This document shows positions 63,731 through 64,000 of a stretch of 64,000 nucleotides of DNA, in pieces. Made by a program: the position numbers and the translations under genes. The DNA comes from Octopus sinensis (taxonomy: Eukaryota): positions 32,922,001-32,986,000 of the forward strand of contig NC_042998.1 of assembly GCF_006345805.1 (NCBI RefSeq), written 5' to 3'. The notes below the pieces were generated by a model. The model saw nothing but the letters and a program-made list of their open reading frames with translations. It made no database searches and had not been told where the DNA came from. How positions within the stretch are numbered: the stretch's first letter is position 1; each line of letters opens with the position of its first letter.

Positions 63731-64000
63731 AATTACAGCTAGTGAATCTCCACATTCGGTGTTAAGCATCATAGAGTATAGCAATGATGTAAAAGGGACG
63801 AATGTCCGAATCTGAGAGGTTGCATTAACTGGCTCAATTCTTCGAACTTAGATAATCTTGGCGAACTTTGGATTATATCATATTTCTTCTTTTCATTTAC
63901 GCTCTAAAACTGTGTTGTGGTTATTGAAACATTCAAATAAAGCTGTAATGTGATTGCTTCAACCATATTATTAACCAAAATGTTTAACTTCAACTTCAAG

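Overview
AT-rich, repeat-dominated eukaryotic DNA with no intact host protein-coding gene that I can recognise, so it is probably intergenic or lies within a large intron. The SINE repertoire suggests an octopod cephalopod; this is inference from recalled repeat families, not a search. Contents: many tRNA-headed SINEs with exchangeable modules, remnants of non-LTR retrotransposons (R4/Dong-type with restriction-like endonuclease, RTE, CR1), DNA transposon relics (mariner, maT, pogo-like, hAT, Helitron-type) and long microsatellites. Main result: the short repeats embedded in (TA)n tracts between about 1.8 and 15.8 kb belong to several unrelated families, most of which carry a minimal type I hammerhead ribozyme (CUGANGA...GAAA core, paired helices I and II, palindromic helix III) and have fold-back or 5'-inverted architectures. 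They look like a diverse set of non-autonomous Penelope-like or retrozyme-like elements. Also notable: a tRNA-headed element with a decayed hammerhead whose (TAA)n linker has been hit by an R4/Dong LINE, SINE multimers sharing one precise junction inside single TSD pairs, and SINE tails matching LINE 3' ends in the same window. All folds and alignments were done by eye, and many boundaries are approximate.
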